64,000 nt of DNA from Candidatus Latescibacterota bacterium (GTDB lineage Bacteria > Latescibacterota > UBA2968 > UBA8231): positions 3,520,001 to 3,584,000 of the forward strand of contig OZ220089.1 of assembly GCA_964291625.2 (NCBI GenBank), given 5' to 3'. Positions within the stretch are counted from its first letter, which is position 1, and every line of letters starts with the position of its first letter. The notes under the pieces were generated by a model, which saw only the letters and a list, made by a program, of their open reading frames with translations, did not search any database and was not told where the DNA came from. Position numbers and translations under genes: made by a program. Below are positions 47,696 to 59,096 of this stretch, piece by piece.

Positions 47696-48676
47696 TCAGT
47701 TGTCGCGCGGCACCGCCATCATGCGTTCGAGGGAGAGGCGCGCGCCTTCGATGACATCGTCGTCGAGGTCGATCTCGAAGCGCTCCTCGGCCAGCGAGAA
47801 GTAGACGTCCTGCAGGCCCGTGACCTTCATGTACGGGCAGTGCAGGCGGCAGCCGATGCAGCCGTCGGCGGGGACGAACTCCTTGCCGGGGTAGCGCTTC
47901 CTGAGCTGGTGGATCATCCCCTCTTCGGTGGCGATGATGAAGGTCCGGGCCTCGGGGTACTTGCCGACGGCGTTGAGCATGCCCGTCGTCGAGCAGACCT
48001 CGTGGGCGGCCTCGACCACGTCCTGCCGGCACTCGGGGTGGGCGATGATCACCGCCTCGGGGAACTCCTTGCGGGTGCGGTCGACGGTGGCGTGGCGCAG
48101 CACGTCGTGGGTCGGGCAGACGCCGTCGTAGGCGACGACCTCCTTCTCGGGCACCTGGTCGGCCACCCAGCGGGCCAGGTTCTTGTCGGGGGTGAACAGG
48201 ACGCGGTCGGTGTCGAGGCTGCGCACCACGGAGACGGCGTTGGCCGAGGTGCAGCAGATGTCGGACTCGGCCTTCACCTCGGCCGAGGAGTTGACGTAGG
48301 TGACCACGGCGTGGTCGGGATAGCGCTCCTTCCACTCGTAGAGGCTCTCGACGGTGATCGAGTCGGAGAGGGCGCAGCCGGCCCCCAGGTGGGGCAGGAA
48401 GACGCGCTTGTCCGGGCTGAGGATCTTGGCCGACTCGGCCATGAAGTGGACGCCGCAGAACACGATGATGTCGGCGTCGGTCCGCGACGCCTCCACCGAC
48501 AGCCCGAGGGAGTCGCCGGTGACGTCGGCCAGGTCCTGGATCGGCGGGATCTGGTAGTTGTGGGCCAGGATCACCGCGTTCTTCTCCACCCGGAGGCGGT
48601 CGATCTGCTCGATCAGCTCCTGGTCCGGGATGTGCTCGAAGCGGGTCTGGCCGGCGGGGGGGGCAACCTGGGTCAT
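47696..48676 (-). CDS. nadA: Quinolinate synthase
   Basis: ILAHNYQ, GDS, FCGVHFMAE, YVNS, AHPEC and CPYM motifs. Confidence 0.97.
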   Translation of the reverse strand: MTQVAPPAGQTRFEHIPDQELIEQIDRLRVEKNAVILAHNYQIPPIQDLADVTGDSLGLSVEASRTDADIIVFCGVHFMAESAKILSPDKRVFLPHLGAGCALSDSITVESLYEWKERYPDHAVVTYVNSSAEVKAESDICCTSANAVSVVRSLDTDRVLFTPDKNLARWVADQVPEKEVVAYDGVCPTHDVLRHATVDRTRKEFPEAVIIAHPECRQDVVEAAHEVCSTTGMLNAVGKYPEARTFIIATEEGMIHQLRKRYPGKEFVPADGCIGCRLHCPYMKVTGLQDVYFSLAEERFEIDLDDDVIEGARLSLERMMAVPRDN

Positions 48677-48891
48677 GGCTCGCTCACCTTCGCCCCCGCG
48701 TCGGGGGGGACGGTCTCGGTTCCGTTGGGGAAGACGCGCCAGAACTCCTTGCGGATGAGGCCGGTGATCATGGCGCTCTTGCTGCTTCCGTGGTAGCGGG
48801 CGACCGCCTCCAGCATCTGGAAGTCGCGGTCGTGGGCCGAGAAGGTCCGCGGCCGGGAACGGTCGCTCTTGGGCTTTGATGCGGCGGGCAT
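48673..48891 (-). CDS. Small RHH-like protein coupled to nadA
   Basis: RTFS..DFQMLEAVARYHGSSKSAMITGLIRKE; GAGG RBS; ATGA overlap with nadA. Confidence 0.75.
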   Translation of the reverse strand: MPAASKPKSDRSRPRTFSAHDRDFQMLEAVARYHGSSKSAMITGLIRKEFWRVFPNGTETVPPDAGAKVSEP

Positions 48892-48952
48892 GGATCCTCT
48901 GCGGAGGAGGGAGAGGGGCGTAAGATTTATTTAATTCTTCCTTAACTGATGT

Positions 48953-48981
48953 ACACTAAATAGGCCTGGGGCGTCTGTCAA
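48953..48981 (-). promoter_or_regulatory. Sigma70-like promoter for RHH-nadA
   Basis: TTGACA-17 nt-TAGTGT followed by an AT-rich tract. Confidence 0.7.
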
Positions 48982-49070
48982 GCCCGTGTGACGGGGATGT
49001 GACGCCGCGGAGACGGCCGATGGCGGGGGAGAGGAGCCGCCGCGGAGATCGAGCCGAGGCCGGTTAGAGG

Positions 49071-50297
49071 CTACAGGGCGCGGATCCGGCGCAGGGCTTC
49101 CTCCACGAGGGGACGCTGCTGGAAAGCGGAGAGGCGCACGTAGCCCTCGCCGGCGGCGCCGAACCCGGCCCCCGGGGTGCAGACCACGTGGGCCTCCTGC
49201 AGCAGGCGGTCGAAGAAGTCCCAGCTGCCGGCGCCCCCGGGGCAGGCGATCCACAGGTAGGGGGCGTTGTCAGCGCCGAAGACGGTGTAGCCGGCCGCGG
49301 TCAGGTCCCGCTTCATGAGCCGGGCGTTCTCCTGGTAGAAGCCGACGAGCTCGCCCACGGCCGCCCTTCCCTCCGGGGTGTAGCAGGCCGCGGCTCCCTT
49401 CTGCACCGGGTAGGAGACGCCGTTGTACTTGGTCGACTGGCGCCGGTCCCAGAGCCCGTGGAGGGGCACGGCCTCGCCCGCGGCCGTGTATCCCATCAGC
49501 TCGTGGGGCACGACGGTGAAGGCGCAGCGCACGCCGGTGAAGCCCGCCGTCTTGGAGAAGGAGCGCATCTCGACGGCGACCTCCCGGGCGCCGTCGATCT
49601 CGTAGATCGAGCGCGGGATCTCCGGGTCGGTGACGTAGGCCTCGTAGGCGGCGTCGAAGAGCAGGACGGCGCCTTCGCGGCGGGCGTACTCGACCCAGGC
49701 GGCCAGATCCTGGCGCGTCATCACGGCGCCGGTGGGGTTGTTCGGAGAGCACAGGTAGACGAGGTCCACGTGGCCGTCCGGCAGGGGCGGGCGGAAGCCG
49801 TTCTCCGCCGTGCAGGGCAGGTAGACGAGCCCCTCGTACCGCCCCTGGCCGTCGGCGGCGCCGGTGCGGCCGGCCATGACGTTGGAGTCGCAGTAGACGG
49901 GGTAGACCGGGTCGGTGAGGGCCACCCGCTGATCCAGGCCGAAGATCTCCTGGATATTGGCCGAGTCGCACTTGGAGCCGTCGGAGAGGAAGATCTCGTC
50001 GGCGCCGACGGAGACGCCGCGGGCGTTGTACTCGTGCTCGGCGATCGCCTCGAGGAGGAAGTCGTAGCCGCGGGCCGGGGGGTAGCCGTGGAAGCTCTCG
50101 TCGTGGGCCAGCTCCTCGCAGGCCGTCTTCATCGCCTCGGCCACCGGCCGGGGCAGGCCGCGCACGACGTCGCCGATGCCCATGCGGATGATGTCGGCGT
50201 CGGGGTTGGCCTCGGCGAAGGCCGTTGTGCGGCGGCCGATCTCGGGGAACAGGTAGCCGGCGGCGAGCTTCAGGTAGTGCTCGTTGAGCAGGGCCAT
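49071..50297 (-). CDS. dapL: LL-diaminopimelate aminotransferase
   Basis: YLFPEI, GIGDV, SDGSKCD, DPVYPVY and [13 protein letters not shown] motifs. Confidence 0.96.
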   Translation of the reverse strand: MALLNEHYLKLAAGYLFPEIGRRTTAFAEANPDADIIRMGIGDVVRGLPRPVAEAMKTACEELAHDESFHGYPPARGYDFLLEAIAEHEYNARGVSVGADEIFLSDGSKCDSANIQEIFGLDQRVALTDPVYPVYCDSNVMAGRTGAADGQGRYEGLVYLPCTAENGFRPPLPDGHVDLVYLCSPNNPTGAVMTRQDLAAWVEYARREGAVLLFDAAYEAYVTDPEIPRSIYEIDGAREVAVEMRSFSKTAGFTGVRCAFTVVPHELMGYTAAGEAVPLHGLWDRRQSTKYNGVSYPVQKGAAACYTPEGRAAVGELVGFYQENARLMKRDLTAAGYTVFGADNAPYLWIACPGGAGSWDFFDRLLQEAHVVCTPGAGFGAAGEGYVRLSAFQQRPLVEEALRRIRAL

Positions 50298-50422
50298 GGT
50301 TCTCTTTTCTTCATAGATTTCACGGCTTGTCCGGGTGGGAAGCCCCGGAATTTACGGCAGCGGCACCCCTCTGCAACACGAAGGCCGCGCCCGCCTCCCG
50401 GCGCGCCCGGCCCTGACGGAAG

Positions 50423-52123
50423 ATGGAGAATCCGATGGAGAGCGAGGACGGCGGGCGCCCCCGCGACTTCCTGCGCGAGGCGGTGGCGGCGGACACCGCC
50501 TCCGGCCGCTACGACGGCCGTGTGGTGACCCGCTTCCCCCCCGAGCCCAATGGCTATCTGCACATTGGCAACGCCAAGGCGATCTGCGTGAACTTCGGCG
50601 TCGCCGCCGACTTCGGGGGGCGCTGCAACCTGCGCTTCGACGACACCAACCCGGCGCGCGAGGAGCAGGAGTTCGTCGACGCCCAGATGGAAGACATCCG
50701 CTGGCTCGGCTTCGACTGGGGCGAGCGCGAGCTCTACGCCTCCGACTACTTCGAGCAGCTCTACGAGTGGGCCCGCGAGCTGATCCGCAAGGGCCTGGCC
50801 TACGTGGACGACCAGTCCGCCGAGGAGATCCGCCTGACCCGCGGCACCCTCACCGAGCCGGGGCGGGACAGCCCGCACCGGGACCGTTCTGTGGAGGAGA
50901 ACCTCGACCTCTTCGAGCGCATGCGGGCCGGCGAGTTCGCCGATGGCGAGAAGGTCCTGAGGGCCCGCATCGACATGGCCTCCCCGAATCCCGTGCTGCG
51001 CGACCCCGTGATGTACCGCATCCTCCGCGACCCCCACCACCGCACCGGCGACCGCTGGTGCATCTATCCCATGTACGACTGGGCCCACGGCCAGAGCGAC
51101 TCCATCGAGGGCGTCACCCACTCCCTGTGCACCCTGGAGTTCGAGGACAACCGCCCGCTGTACGACTGGTTCATCGAGAAGCTCGGCATCTTCCCGTCGC
51201 GGCAGATCGAGTACGCCCGGGGCAACGTCACCTACACGATCACCCACAAGCGCCATTTGAGAGAGCTCATCGAGTCGGGGCGGCTCTCGGGGTGGGACGA
51301 CCCGCGACTGCCCACCCTCTGCGGCCTGCGCCGCCGCGGCGTGCCGCCCGAGGCGATCCGCCGGTTCTGGAGCGAGGTGGGGGTGGCCAAGCGCGACAAC
51401 AACATCGACGTGTCGCTGCTGGAGTTCTGCATCCGCGACCACCTCAACAAGGTGGCGCCCCGGGTGATGGGCGTTCTGCGGCCCCTCAAGGTGGTGATCA
51501 CCAACTATCCGGAGGGGGAGAGCGAACAGCTCGAGGCGGTGAACAACCCGGAGGACGAGTCCGCGGGCACCCGGCCCATCCCCTTCGGGCGGGAGCTGTG
51601 GATCGAGGCCGACGACTTCATGGAGGACCCGCCGCGAAGGTTCTTCCGCCTCGCCCCCGGGCGCGAGGTGCGTCTGCGCTACGCCTACTTCATCACCTGC
51701 GAGGAGGTCGTCAAGGACGCCGACGGCCACGTCGTCGAGCTGCGCTGCACCTACGACCCGGCCACCCGCGGCGGCGACGCTCCCGACGGCCGCAAGGTGA
51801 AGGCCACCCTGCACTGGGTCTCGGCGGCCCACGCCGTCGAGGCCGAGGTGCGGCTCTACGACCGGCTCTTCCGGGTGGAGGACCCCCTCGACGTGGCCGA
51901 GGGCGAGGACTGGATGGACAACCTGAACCCCGACTCGCTGGAGGTGCGGCGCAACTGCTGGCTGGAGCCCGGCCTGGGCGCCGCCGCCCCGGGGACGACG
52001 GTGCAGTTCGAGCGCCTCGGCTACTTCTGCGCCGACCCGGACTCCACCCCGGCCAGGCCGGTCTTCAACCGCACCGTGACCCTGCGCGACGCCTGGGCCA
52101 ACATCAGGAAGCGGGGCGGCTGA
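50423..52123 (+). CDS. glnS: Glutamine--tRNA ligase
   Basis: [40 protein letters not shown] and QFERLGYF motifs. Confidence 0.96.
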   Translation: MENPMESEDGGRPRDFLREAVAADTASGRYDGRVVTRFPPEPNGYLHIGNAKAICVNFGVAADFGGRCNLRFDDTNPAREEQEFVDAQMEDIRWLGFDWGERELYASDYFEQLYEWARELIRKGLAYVDDQSAEEIRLTRGTLTEPGRDSPHRDRSVEENLDLFERMRAGEFADGEKVLRARIDMASPNPVLRDPVMYRILRDPHHRTGDRWCIYPMYDWAHGQSDSIEGVTHSLCTLEFEDNRPLYDWFIEKLGIFPSRQIEYARGNVTYTITHKRHLRELIESGRLSGWDDPRLPTLCGLRRRGVPPEAIRRFWSEVGVAKRDNNIDVSLLEFCIRDHLNKVAPRVMGVLRPLKVVITNYPEGESEQLEAVNNPEDESAGTRPIPFGRELWIEADDFMEDPPRRFFRLAPGREVRLRYAYFITCEEVVKDADGHVVELRCTYDPATRGGDAPDGRKVKATLHWVSAAHAVEAEVRLYDRLFRVEDPLDVAEGEDWMDNLNPDSLEVRRNCWLEPGLGAAAPGTTVQFERLGYFCADPDSTPARPVFNRTVTLRDAWANIRKRGG

Positions 52124-53624
52124 CCCAGTCCCGGGCCCCGGTCCACTCCTTCTCGAGCCGGCGGGTCTTCTTCTTGGAGAGCCCGCCCAGGACCTCGATC
52201 GCCTCGAGGATCCGGGCCCGCGTCAGGTCGGCGTCGAGGAGCACCATCGACTCGTAGAGGGGCGGCCCCACGGGCTGTCCCATGAGGGCCGCGTAGAGGG
52301 GCCGGGTCAGGTCGCGGATCGGCCAATCGCGGGCGGCGGCGACCTCCTTCAGGGCCGCTTCCACGCCCTCCCGGCCCCAGGGCGCCACCTCCTCCAGGGC
52401 CCAGACGACGCACTGCAGCGCCTCGGCCACCTCGACGGGGGTGCGCTTCTTCGGCACCAGGTCCTCCGGGCGCGGCTCCACCCGCCGGGCGAAGAGGAAG
52501 GCGCACCGCGGCAGGAAGTCGCCCAGGGTCTCCATGCGCGGCTGCATGAGCGGCACGAGGCTGCCGAAGGCGTCGTCGTTGAGGGCCCACTCCCGCAGGG
52601 CGGCGAGCAGCTCCCCCTCGGTCAGGTCCTCGCGGATGTAGCGGCCGTTCAGCCAGCTCAGCTTTTCCAGGTCGAAGACGGACCCGCCCAGGTTGACGCG
52701 CTCCAGCTCGAAACGGGAGGCCAGCTGGTCGAGGCCGAACTTCTCCTCGTCGCTGCCGTCGGCGTGTCGGGCCGGGGGATACGCCATGAGGGCGAGGTAG
52801 TTGAGGACCGCCGCCGGCAGGTACCCGGCGCGGCGGTAGTAGTCGATCGACGTCGGGTTGCGCCGCTTCGACATCTTGGAGCGGTCGGGGTTGAGCAGCA
52901 GCGGCAGGTGGGCGTGGACCGGCGGCTCCCAGCCGAGCCACTCGTAGAGGAGCAGGTGCTTCGGCGTCGAGTTGATCCACTCCTCGCCGCGGATGACGTG
53001 GCTGATCCCCATGAGGTGGTCGTCGACGACGACCGCCAGGTGGTAGGTGGGGAAGCCGTCCGACTTGAGCAGGACCTGGTCGTCGAGGCCGGCGAGGTCG
53101 AAGCGGATCTCCCCCCGCAGCAGGTCCGGCACCACGAGGGCGCCCTCGCGGGGGACCTTCATGCGGACGACACAGGACTCCCCGGCCGCCCGGCGCCGGC
53201 GGCCGTCCCCGGGGTCGGCGTCGCGCTCGGCCTCGTGGGGGGGCGGCTCTCCCGCCTTCTGTCCCTCGGCCCTCCAGGCGGCCAGCTCGGCGGGGGTCGC
53301 GAAGGAGTAGTAGGCGTGTCCTGCTTCGACGAGGCCATCGGCGGCCTCCCGGTAGCGGTCGAGGCGCTCGCTCTGCCGGTAGGGGCCCGCGGCGCCGCCC
53401 ACGATGGGGCCCTCGTCCCAGTCGAGCCCCAGCCAGCGCAGGGCGTCGATGAGGCGGCGCTCGTGGTCGGGGTGGGACCGCGAGCGGTCGGTGTCCTCGA
53501 TGCGCAGGATCAGCCGGCCGCCGTGGCGGCGGGCGTAGAGGCGGTTGAAGAGGGCGATGTAGGCCGTGCCCAGGTGCGGGGCGCCGGTGGGAGAAGGGGC
53601 GACTCGGACGCGAACGTCGGCCAT
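52104..53624 (-). CDS. gltX: Glutamate--tRNA ligase
   Basis: APSPTG.PHLG, RIEDTD, IRGEEW and KMSKR motifs. Confidence 0.97.
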   Translation of the reverse strand: MADVRVRVAPSPTGAPHLGTAYIALFNRLYARRHGGRLILRIEDTDRSRSHPDHERRLIDALRWLGLDWDEGPIVGGAAGPYRQSERLDRYREAADGLVEAGHAYYSFATPAELAAWRAEGQKAGEPPPHEAERDADPGDGRRRRAAGESCVVRMKVPREGALVVPDLLRGEIRFDLAGLDDQVLLKSDGFPTYHLAVVVDDHLMGISHVIRGEEWINSTPKHLLLYEWLGWEPPVHAHLPLLLNPDRSKMSKRRNPTSIDYYRRAGYLPAAVLNYLALMAYPPARHADGSDEEKFGLDQLASRFELERVNLGGSVFDLEKLSWLNGRYIREDLTEGELLAALREWALNDDAFGSLVPLMQPRMETLGDFLPRCAFLFARRVEPRPEDLVPKKRTPVEVAEALQCVVWALEEVAPWGREGVEAALKEVAAARDWPIRDLTRPLYAALMGQPVGPPLYESMVLLDADLTRARILEAIEVLGGLSKKKTRRLEKEWTGARDWVSRPAS

Positions 53625-53900
53625 GGCGGGACTCGCGGGAATCGATGTAAGAGGTTATTCCGAAGGGGATGCCAAGATACGGCGACCTCGGGGCGGGGCA
53701 ACGCCCCGGGCCTCCGCTGAACCTCTGGAGGTTGCGTAATTTCAGATATTTCATAGTTTTACAGACCGTTCCTCCCTCCCAGCCGGCCCTCCTGTTCCGC
53801 CGGCGCCCCATCCTCTGACGGACTTCCGTCTACGCTCCGTCCCGCCCCTTGCCAAGGGACGCTCAGAGCGAGAGCACGACCGAGAAGGAATCACATCGCC

Positions 53901-55169
53901 TTGAAATTCACGGACCTGGACCTCAAGCCCGAGATCCTGTCGGCCCTCGACGAGATGGGCTACCAGGAGATGACCCCCATCCAGGAGAAGGCCATCCCCA
54001 AAGTCCTCGGGGGCCGCGACGTGGTCGGCCTCGCCGAGACCGGATCGGGCAAGACCTCGGCCTGCGCCATCCCCCTGGTCCACATGACCGACCCGGATCT
54101 CCGGGTCGTGCAGCACCTCGTCCTGGTGCCGACCCGCGAGCTGGCCATGCAGTACGTGCAGGAGATCGACGACGTGGCGCGCCACACCGACGTGGTGCCC
54201 TTCGCCGTCTTCGGCGGTTTCGACATCGGCGTGCAGAAGAGCAAGCTCAACCACGGCGTCCACATCCTCGTGGCCACGCCGGGCCGCCTCATCGACCTGA
54301 TCTGGAACACCCGCATCGACCTGCAGCAGGTGCGCACCGTCGTCCTCGACGAGGCCGACGAGATGCTCGACATGGGCTTCATCGAGGATGTGGACTTCAT
54401 CCTCGCCTGCCTGCTGCAGGAGCACACGGTGCTGTTGTGGTCGGCGACCATGCCGCCGGCGATCGAGAACCTCACCGCCAAGTACCTCAAGGAGCCGGTC
54501 CGGATCGAGCTCAACCGCGACCAGCAGGCCCCCAGCTCGCTGCAGCACCACTTCCTGCACGTGCGCGGCGACCGGGTCGACATGCTCACCGACTTCCTCG
54601 CCGGCGAGGAGGGGATCGACCAGGTGATCGTGTTCTGCAACTCGCGCGACAAAGGGGGAGAGCTGTACCGCAAGGTGCGCCGCTCCCTGCGCTCGGTGGA
54701 GTACATCCACGGCGGCCTCGACCAGGACCGCCGCATCTCGATCTTCGACCGCTTCAAGGGCCGGGAGATCAAGTACATGATCGCCACCGACGTGGCCGGC
54801 CGCGGGCTCGACTTCACCAACGTCAGCCACGTGGTCAACTTCGACTTCCCCTTCAACCCCGAGATCTACGCCCACCGCACCGGCCGCACGGGGCGCATGG
54901 GCCGCACCGGCATCGCCCTCACCCTGGTCACCGACCGCGATCTGGGCAACCTCAAGCGCATCGTCCAGTCCCGGGGCATCGAGCCCCAGTGGCGCGGCCA
55001 CGCGCCCGACCTCAACGCGGTCCGGTCCCGCGGCGGGGGCGGGCGCCGGCGGGGTCGTGGACGCGGCCAGCCCCGGGGTCCATCGGGCCGCCGCCAGGAG
55101 CACCACGGGCCGCCGCACCACCGCGAGCACCACCACGGAGGCCGCGGCGCCGGCCGCCCCTCGCGCTAG
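53901..55169 (+). CDS. DEAD-box RNA helicase
   Basis: Q motif, AETGSGKT, PTRELA, DEAD, SAT and HRTGRTGR; basic tail; TTG start with AAGGA RBS. Confidence 0.95.
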   Translation: MKFTDLDLKPEILSALDEMGYQEMTPIQEKAIPKVLGGRDVVGLAETGSGKTSACAIPLVHMTDPDLRVVQHLVLVPTRELAMQYVQEIDDVARHTDVVPFAVFGGFDIGVQKSKLNHGVHILVATPGRLIDLIWNTRIDLQQVRTVVLDEADEMLDMGFIEDVDFILACLLQEHTVLLWSATMPPAIENLTAKYLKEPVRIELNRDQQAPSSLQHHFLHVRGDRVDMLTDFLAGEEGIDQVIVFCNSRDKGGELYRKVRRSLRSVEYIHGGLDQDRRISIFDRFKGREIKYMIATDVAGRGLDFTNVSHVVNFDFPFNPEIYAHRTGRTGRMGRTGIALTLVTDRDLGNLKRIVQSRGIEPQWRGHAPDLNAVRSRGGGGRRRGRGRGQPRGPSGRRQEHHGPPHHREHHHGGRGAGRPSR

Positions 55170-55340
55170 TCCAACCGCCGCCCTATCTTCGCAAGCGCGG
55201 CACTCTCTCCCCGCAAGACAGCTCTCTCCCTCCCCCGGAGGATCGGGTCCCCCCAACGGCGGGCTCGACCCCGCCCGGCCCATTGCCACGCCCGGCGAAG
55301 GCCCGCCCCGGCCGCTTCCCCGGGCCGCCTGCGGAACGCC

Positions 55341-57197
55341 ATGACGACGACGCAACCCGACCTGTTCACCCCTGCCAAACGCAAGGCCGCCGCCAACGGC
55401 GCCAACGGCTACGACGAGAGCAAGATCAAGACGCTCTCGTCCCTCGAGCACATCCGCCTGCGCACGGGGATGTACATCGGCCGCCTCGGCGACGGCTCCG
55501 ATCCCGACGACGGCATCTACGTGCTGCTCAAGGAGGTGATCGACAACGCCGTCGACGAGTTCTTGATGGGCCACGGACGCAAGGTGGAGGTCGAGATCGA
55601 GGGCGGCGGGGTCCGCGTTCGCGACTACGGCTCCGGCATTCCCCTGGGCAAGCTGGTGGAGTGCGTCTCGGTGATCAACACGGGAGCCAAGTACAACGAC
55701 GACGTCTACCAGTTCTCGGTGGGCCTCAACGGCGTCGGCACCAAGGCGGTGAACGCCCTCTCGCGGCGCTTCCGGGTGGTCTCCTACCGGGCCGGGAGGT
55801 ACGCCGAGGCGGTCTTCGAGTCGGGGGAGCTGAAGAAGGAGACGAAGAGGGGATCGGCCGCCGGCGAGCCCGACGGCACCCTGGTGGAGTTCCGGCCCGA
55901 CCCCGGGATCTTCGACAGCTACGAGTACGACAGCGAGTTCGTCGAGCGGCGGCTGTGGAACTACGCCTGCCTCAACCGCGGGCTCACCCTGGTCCTCAAC
56001 GGCCGCTCCTTCACCTCGAAGAGGGGGCTCCTCGACCTGCTGCGGCGCGAGGTCGGCGACGCCGAGGAGGGGGTGGCCTACGAGCCCGCCCACTACGCCG
56101 GCAAGCATCTCGAGTTCGCCTTCACCCACGTCGACGGCTACGGCGAGACCTACTGGTCCTTCGTCAACGGCCAGTACACATCCGACGGCGGCACCCACCA
56201 GTCGGCCTTCCGCGAGGGTCTGCTGAAGGGGGTGAACGAGTTCTACCGCAGGAGCTTCAACGGCGTCGACGTGCGCGAGGGCATCGCCGGCGTCGTGTCG
56301 GTGCGCCTGAAGGAGCCGGTCTTCGAGTCGCAGACCAAGAACAAGCTGGGCAACACCGACGTTCGCGGCTGGATGGTGAGCGAGGTGAAGGGGGCGGTGG
56401 CCGACTTCCTGCACCGGAACCAGGAGGCGGCCGGGGCCCTCGAGGCGCGCATTCTCAACAACGAGAAGCTGCGCAAGGACCTGAACGCGGTGAAGAAGGA
56501 GGCCCGGGAGAACGCGCGCAAGATCTCCATCAAGAACCCGAACCTGCGCGACTGCAAGTACCACCTCGGCCACCGCAAGCACGGCGACGAGTCGACCCTG
56601 TTCATCACCGAGGGGCAGTCGGCGGCGGGCTCGATCGTCTCCTCCCGCGACCCCAACACGCAGGCGATCTTCGTCATGACGGGCAAGCCGCAGAACGCCT
56701 TCGGCCGCAGCAAGGCCACCGTCTACAAGAACGAGCTGCTCTACAACCTGATGATGGCCCTCGGGGTGGAGGACGGCCTCGACGGCCTGCGCTACAACCG
56801 CGTCGTCCTGGCCACCGACGCCGACGTGGACGGCTTCCACATCCGCAACCTCCTCCTCACCTTCTTCCTCACCTGGTTCGAGGAACTGGTGGTGGCCGGC
56901 CACGTCTACATCCTCGAGACGCCCCTCTTCCGGGTGCGCAACAAGAAGCAGACCCGCTACTGCTACTCCGAGAACGAGCGGGACCGGGCGCTGCGAGAGG
57001 TGAAGGGCGCCGAGGTGACCCGCTTCAAGGGGCTGGGCGAGATCTCGCCGAAGGAGTTCGGGCGGTTCATCGGCGAGGAGATGAAGCTGGTGAAGACGAG
57101 CATCGACAAGATGTCGACGGTGCACCAGACGCTGGAGTTCTACATGGGCAAGAACACGCCCGAGCGCCGCGAGTACATCATGGAGCACATGGTCTGA
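55341..57197 (+). CDS. parE: DNA topoisomerase IV subunit B (short Bacteroidota/spirochaete-like type)
   Basis: EVIDNAVDE, GLNGVG, ITEGQSA, TDADVDG and RFKGLGE motifs. Confidence 0.9.
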   Translation: MTTTQPDLFTPAKRKAAANGANGYDESKIKTLSSLEHIRLRTGMYIGRLGDGSDPDDGIYVLLKEVIDNAVDEFLMGHGRKVEVEIEGGGVRVRDYGSGIPLGKLVECVSVINTGAKYNDDVYQFSVGLNGVGTKAVNALSRRFRVVSYRAGRYAEAVFESGELKKETKRGSAAGEPDGTLVEFRPDPGIFDSYEYDSEFVERRLWNYACLNRGLTLVLNGRSFTSKRGLLDLLRREVGDAEEGVAYEPAHYAGKHLEFAFTHVDGYGETYWSFVNGQYTSDGGTHQSAFREGLLKGVNEFYRRSFNGVDVREGIAGVVSVRLKEPVFESQTKNKLGNTDVRGWMVSEVKGAVADFLHRNQEAAGALEARILNNEKLRKDLNAVKKEARENARKISIKNPNLRDCKYHLGHRKHGDESTLFITEGQSAAGSIVSSRDPNTQAIFVMTGKPQNAFGRSKATVYKNELLYNLMMALGVEDGLDGLRYNRVVLATDADVDGFHIRNLLLTFFLTWFEELVVAGHVYILETPLFRVRNKKQTRYCYSENERDRALREVKGAEVTRFKGLGEISPKEFGRFIGEEMKLVKTSIDKMSTVHQTLEFYMGKNTPERREYIMEHMV

Positions 57198-57209
57198 GGG
57201 AATAGCGCC

Positions 57210-59096
57210 GTGGCCCGGATCCGGCAGATCTACGAGAAGAACTTCATCGAGTACTCCTCCTACGCCATCAAGGAGCGGGCCATCCCGCACCTGGAGGACG
57301 GGCTCAAGCCGGTGCAGCGGCGCATCCTCCACACCCTCCACGAGATCGACGACGGGCGCTTCCACAAGGTGGCCAACGTGGTGGGCCAGTGCATGCGCTA
57401 CCACCCCCACGGCGAGGCGTCGATCTTCTCCGCCCTCATCGTGCTGGCCAACAAGGACCTGGCCATCGACAAGCAGGGCAACTTCGGCAACATCCACACC
57501 GGCGACATGGCCTCGGCGGCGCGCTACATCGAGTGCCGCCTCACCGACATGGCGCGGCAGGTGATCTTCGATCCCAAGGTGACGGAGTACGTCGACTCGT
57601 ACGACGGCCGCAACCGCGAGCCGGTGGTGCTGCCGGTGCGCATCCCCCTGCTGCTGGCCCAGGGGGCCGAGGGCATCGCCCCGACGATGGCGACGAAGGT
57701 CCTGCCCCACAACCTGATCGAGCTCCTCGAGGCGCAGGTGGCGTTCATGAAGGACGAGCCCTTCCAGGTCCTTCCCGACTTCCCCACCGGCGGCCTGGTG
57801 GACGCCTCCGGCTACGACGACGGCAACGGCCGGGTCCTGGTGCGGGCCCGCCTCGACGCCTCCGACGACAAGCGCATCGTCGTCCGCGAGATCCCCTACG
57901 GCTGCACCACCGAGACCCTGATCGCCTCGATCGAGGACGCGGCCCGCAAGAACAAGGTCAAGGTCGCCTCCATCCACGACTTCACCGCCGAGAAGGTGGA
58001 GATCGAGATCAAGCTGCCCCGCGGGGTCTACGCCGCCGACGTGGTCGACTCCCTCTACGCCTTCACCGACTGCGAGACGTCGATCTCCGTGAGCCTCCTC
58101 GTCATCGACGGCGAGCTGCCGCGGATCATGTCGGTCTCCGAGGTCCTGCGCCACAACGTCGACCGCCTCGTGGACGTCCTGCGGGCGCAGCTGCGTGTCG
58201 AGGAGGGGGAGGTGGCCGACCGCCTCCACGCCCGCACCCTGGAGCGGATCTTCATCGAGCACCGGATCTACCAGGCCATCGAGGAGGAGCGCACCCAGGA
58301 AGGGGTGGAGCGGGCCGTCCTCGAGGGGCTGGCGCCGCACCGGGAGAGCATCGGTCGGGAGGTCACCCCCGAGGACGTGGAGGCCCTGCTGCGCATCCCC
58401 ATCCGGCGGATCTCCCTCTACGACATGGAGCGCACCGGCCGCGAGATGCGCGAGCTGGCGGCGCGCCTGAAGCAGATCCGCCGCCACCTGAAGGAGATCG
58501 TGGCCTACGCCATCGGCTACCTGGAGGACCTGATCGAGCGCTACCGGGAGGACTTCCCCCGGCGCACGGAGATCACCTCCTTCGAGCGGGTCGAGGCCCG
58601 CGAGGCCGCCAAGCGCGACCTGCGGCTGTGCTACGACCGGTCCGCCGGCTACCTGGGGCACCAGGTGACGGGCGCCCACGTGGCCGACGTATCCGTCTAC
58701 GACCGCGTCCTCGTGATCCGCGCCGACGGCACCTGGTCGGTGATCGACGCGCCGGACAAGCTCTTCGTCGGCAAGGGCATGGCCTACGCCGGTCTCCCCG
58801 ACAAGGAGCAGGTCTTCACCGCCGTCTTCCGCGACGCCAGGGGCGGCACCTGCATCAAGCGCTGCCGCATCGACTCGTACATCCGCAACCGCAGCTATTC
58901 CCTGGTGCCCGACGGGGCCAGGCTGCTCAAGCTCACCACCGCCGAGGAGGCCACGGTGCAGCTGGTCTACAAGCCGAAGCCGCGGCTGCGCGTGCTGGAG
59001 GAGAGCTTCGCCGTCTCCGACTACCCGGTGCGCGGCCAGCGGGCCGGCGGCATCCGCCTGAGTCCGAAGGAGCTCAAGTCGGTGCGTCTCGGATGA
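57210..59096 (+). CDS. parC: DNA topoisomerase IV subunit A
   Basis: DGLKPVQRR, YHPHG and AARYIE (catalytic Tyr); short CTD. Confidence 0.9.
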   Translation: MARIRQIYEKNFIEYSSYAIKERAIPHLEDGLKPVQRRILHTLHEIDDGRFHKVANVVGQCMRYHPHGEASIFSALIVLANKDLAIDKQGNFGNIHTGDMASAARYIECRLTDMARQVIFDPKVTEYVDSYDGRNREPVVLPVRIPLLLAQGAEGIAPTMATKVLPHNLIELLEAQVAFMKDEPFQVLPDFPTGGLVDASGYDDGNGRVLVRARLDASDDKRIVVREIPYGCTTETLIASIEDAARKNKVKVASIHDFTAEKVEIEIKLPRGVYAADVVDSLYAFTDCETSISVSLLVIDGELPRIMSVSEVLRHNVDRLVDVLRAQLRVEEGEVADRLHARTLERIFIEHRIYQAIEEERTQEGVERAVLEGLAPHRESIGREVTPEDVEALLRIPIRRISLYDMERTGREMRELAARLKQIRRHLKEIVAYAIGYLEDLIERYREDFPRRTEITSFERVEAREAAKRDLRLCYDRSAGYLGHQVTGAHVADVSVYDRVLVIRADGTWSVIDAPDKLFVGKGMAYAGLPDKEQVFTAVFRDARGGTCIKRCRIDSYIRNRSYSLVPDGARLLKLTTAEEATVQLVYKPKPRLRVLEESFAVSDYPVRGQRAGGIRLSPKELKSVRLG

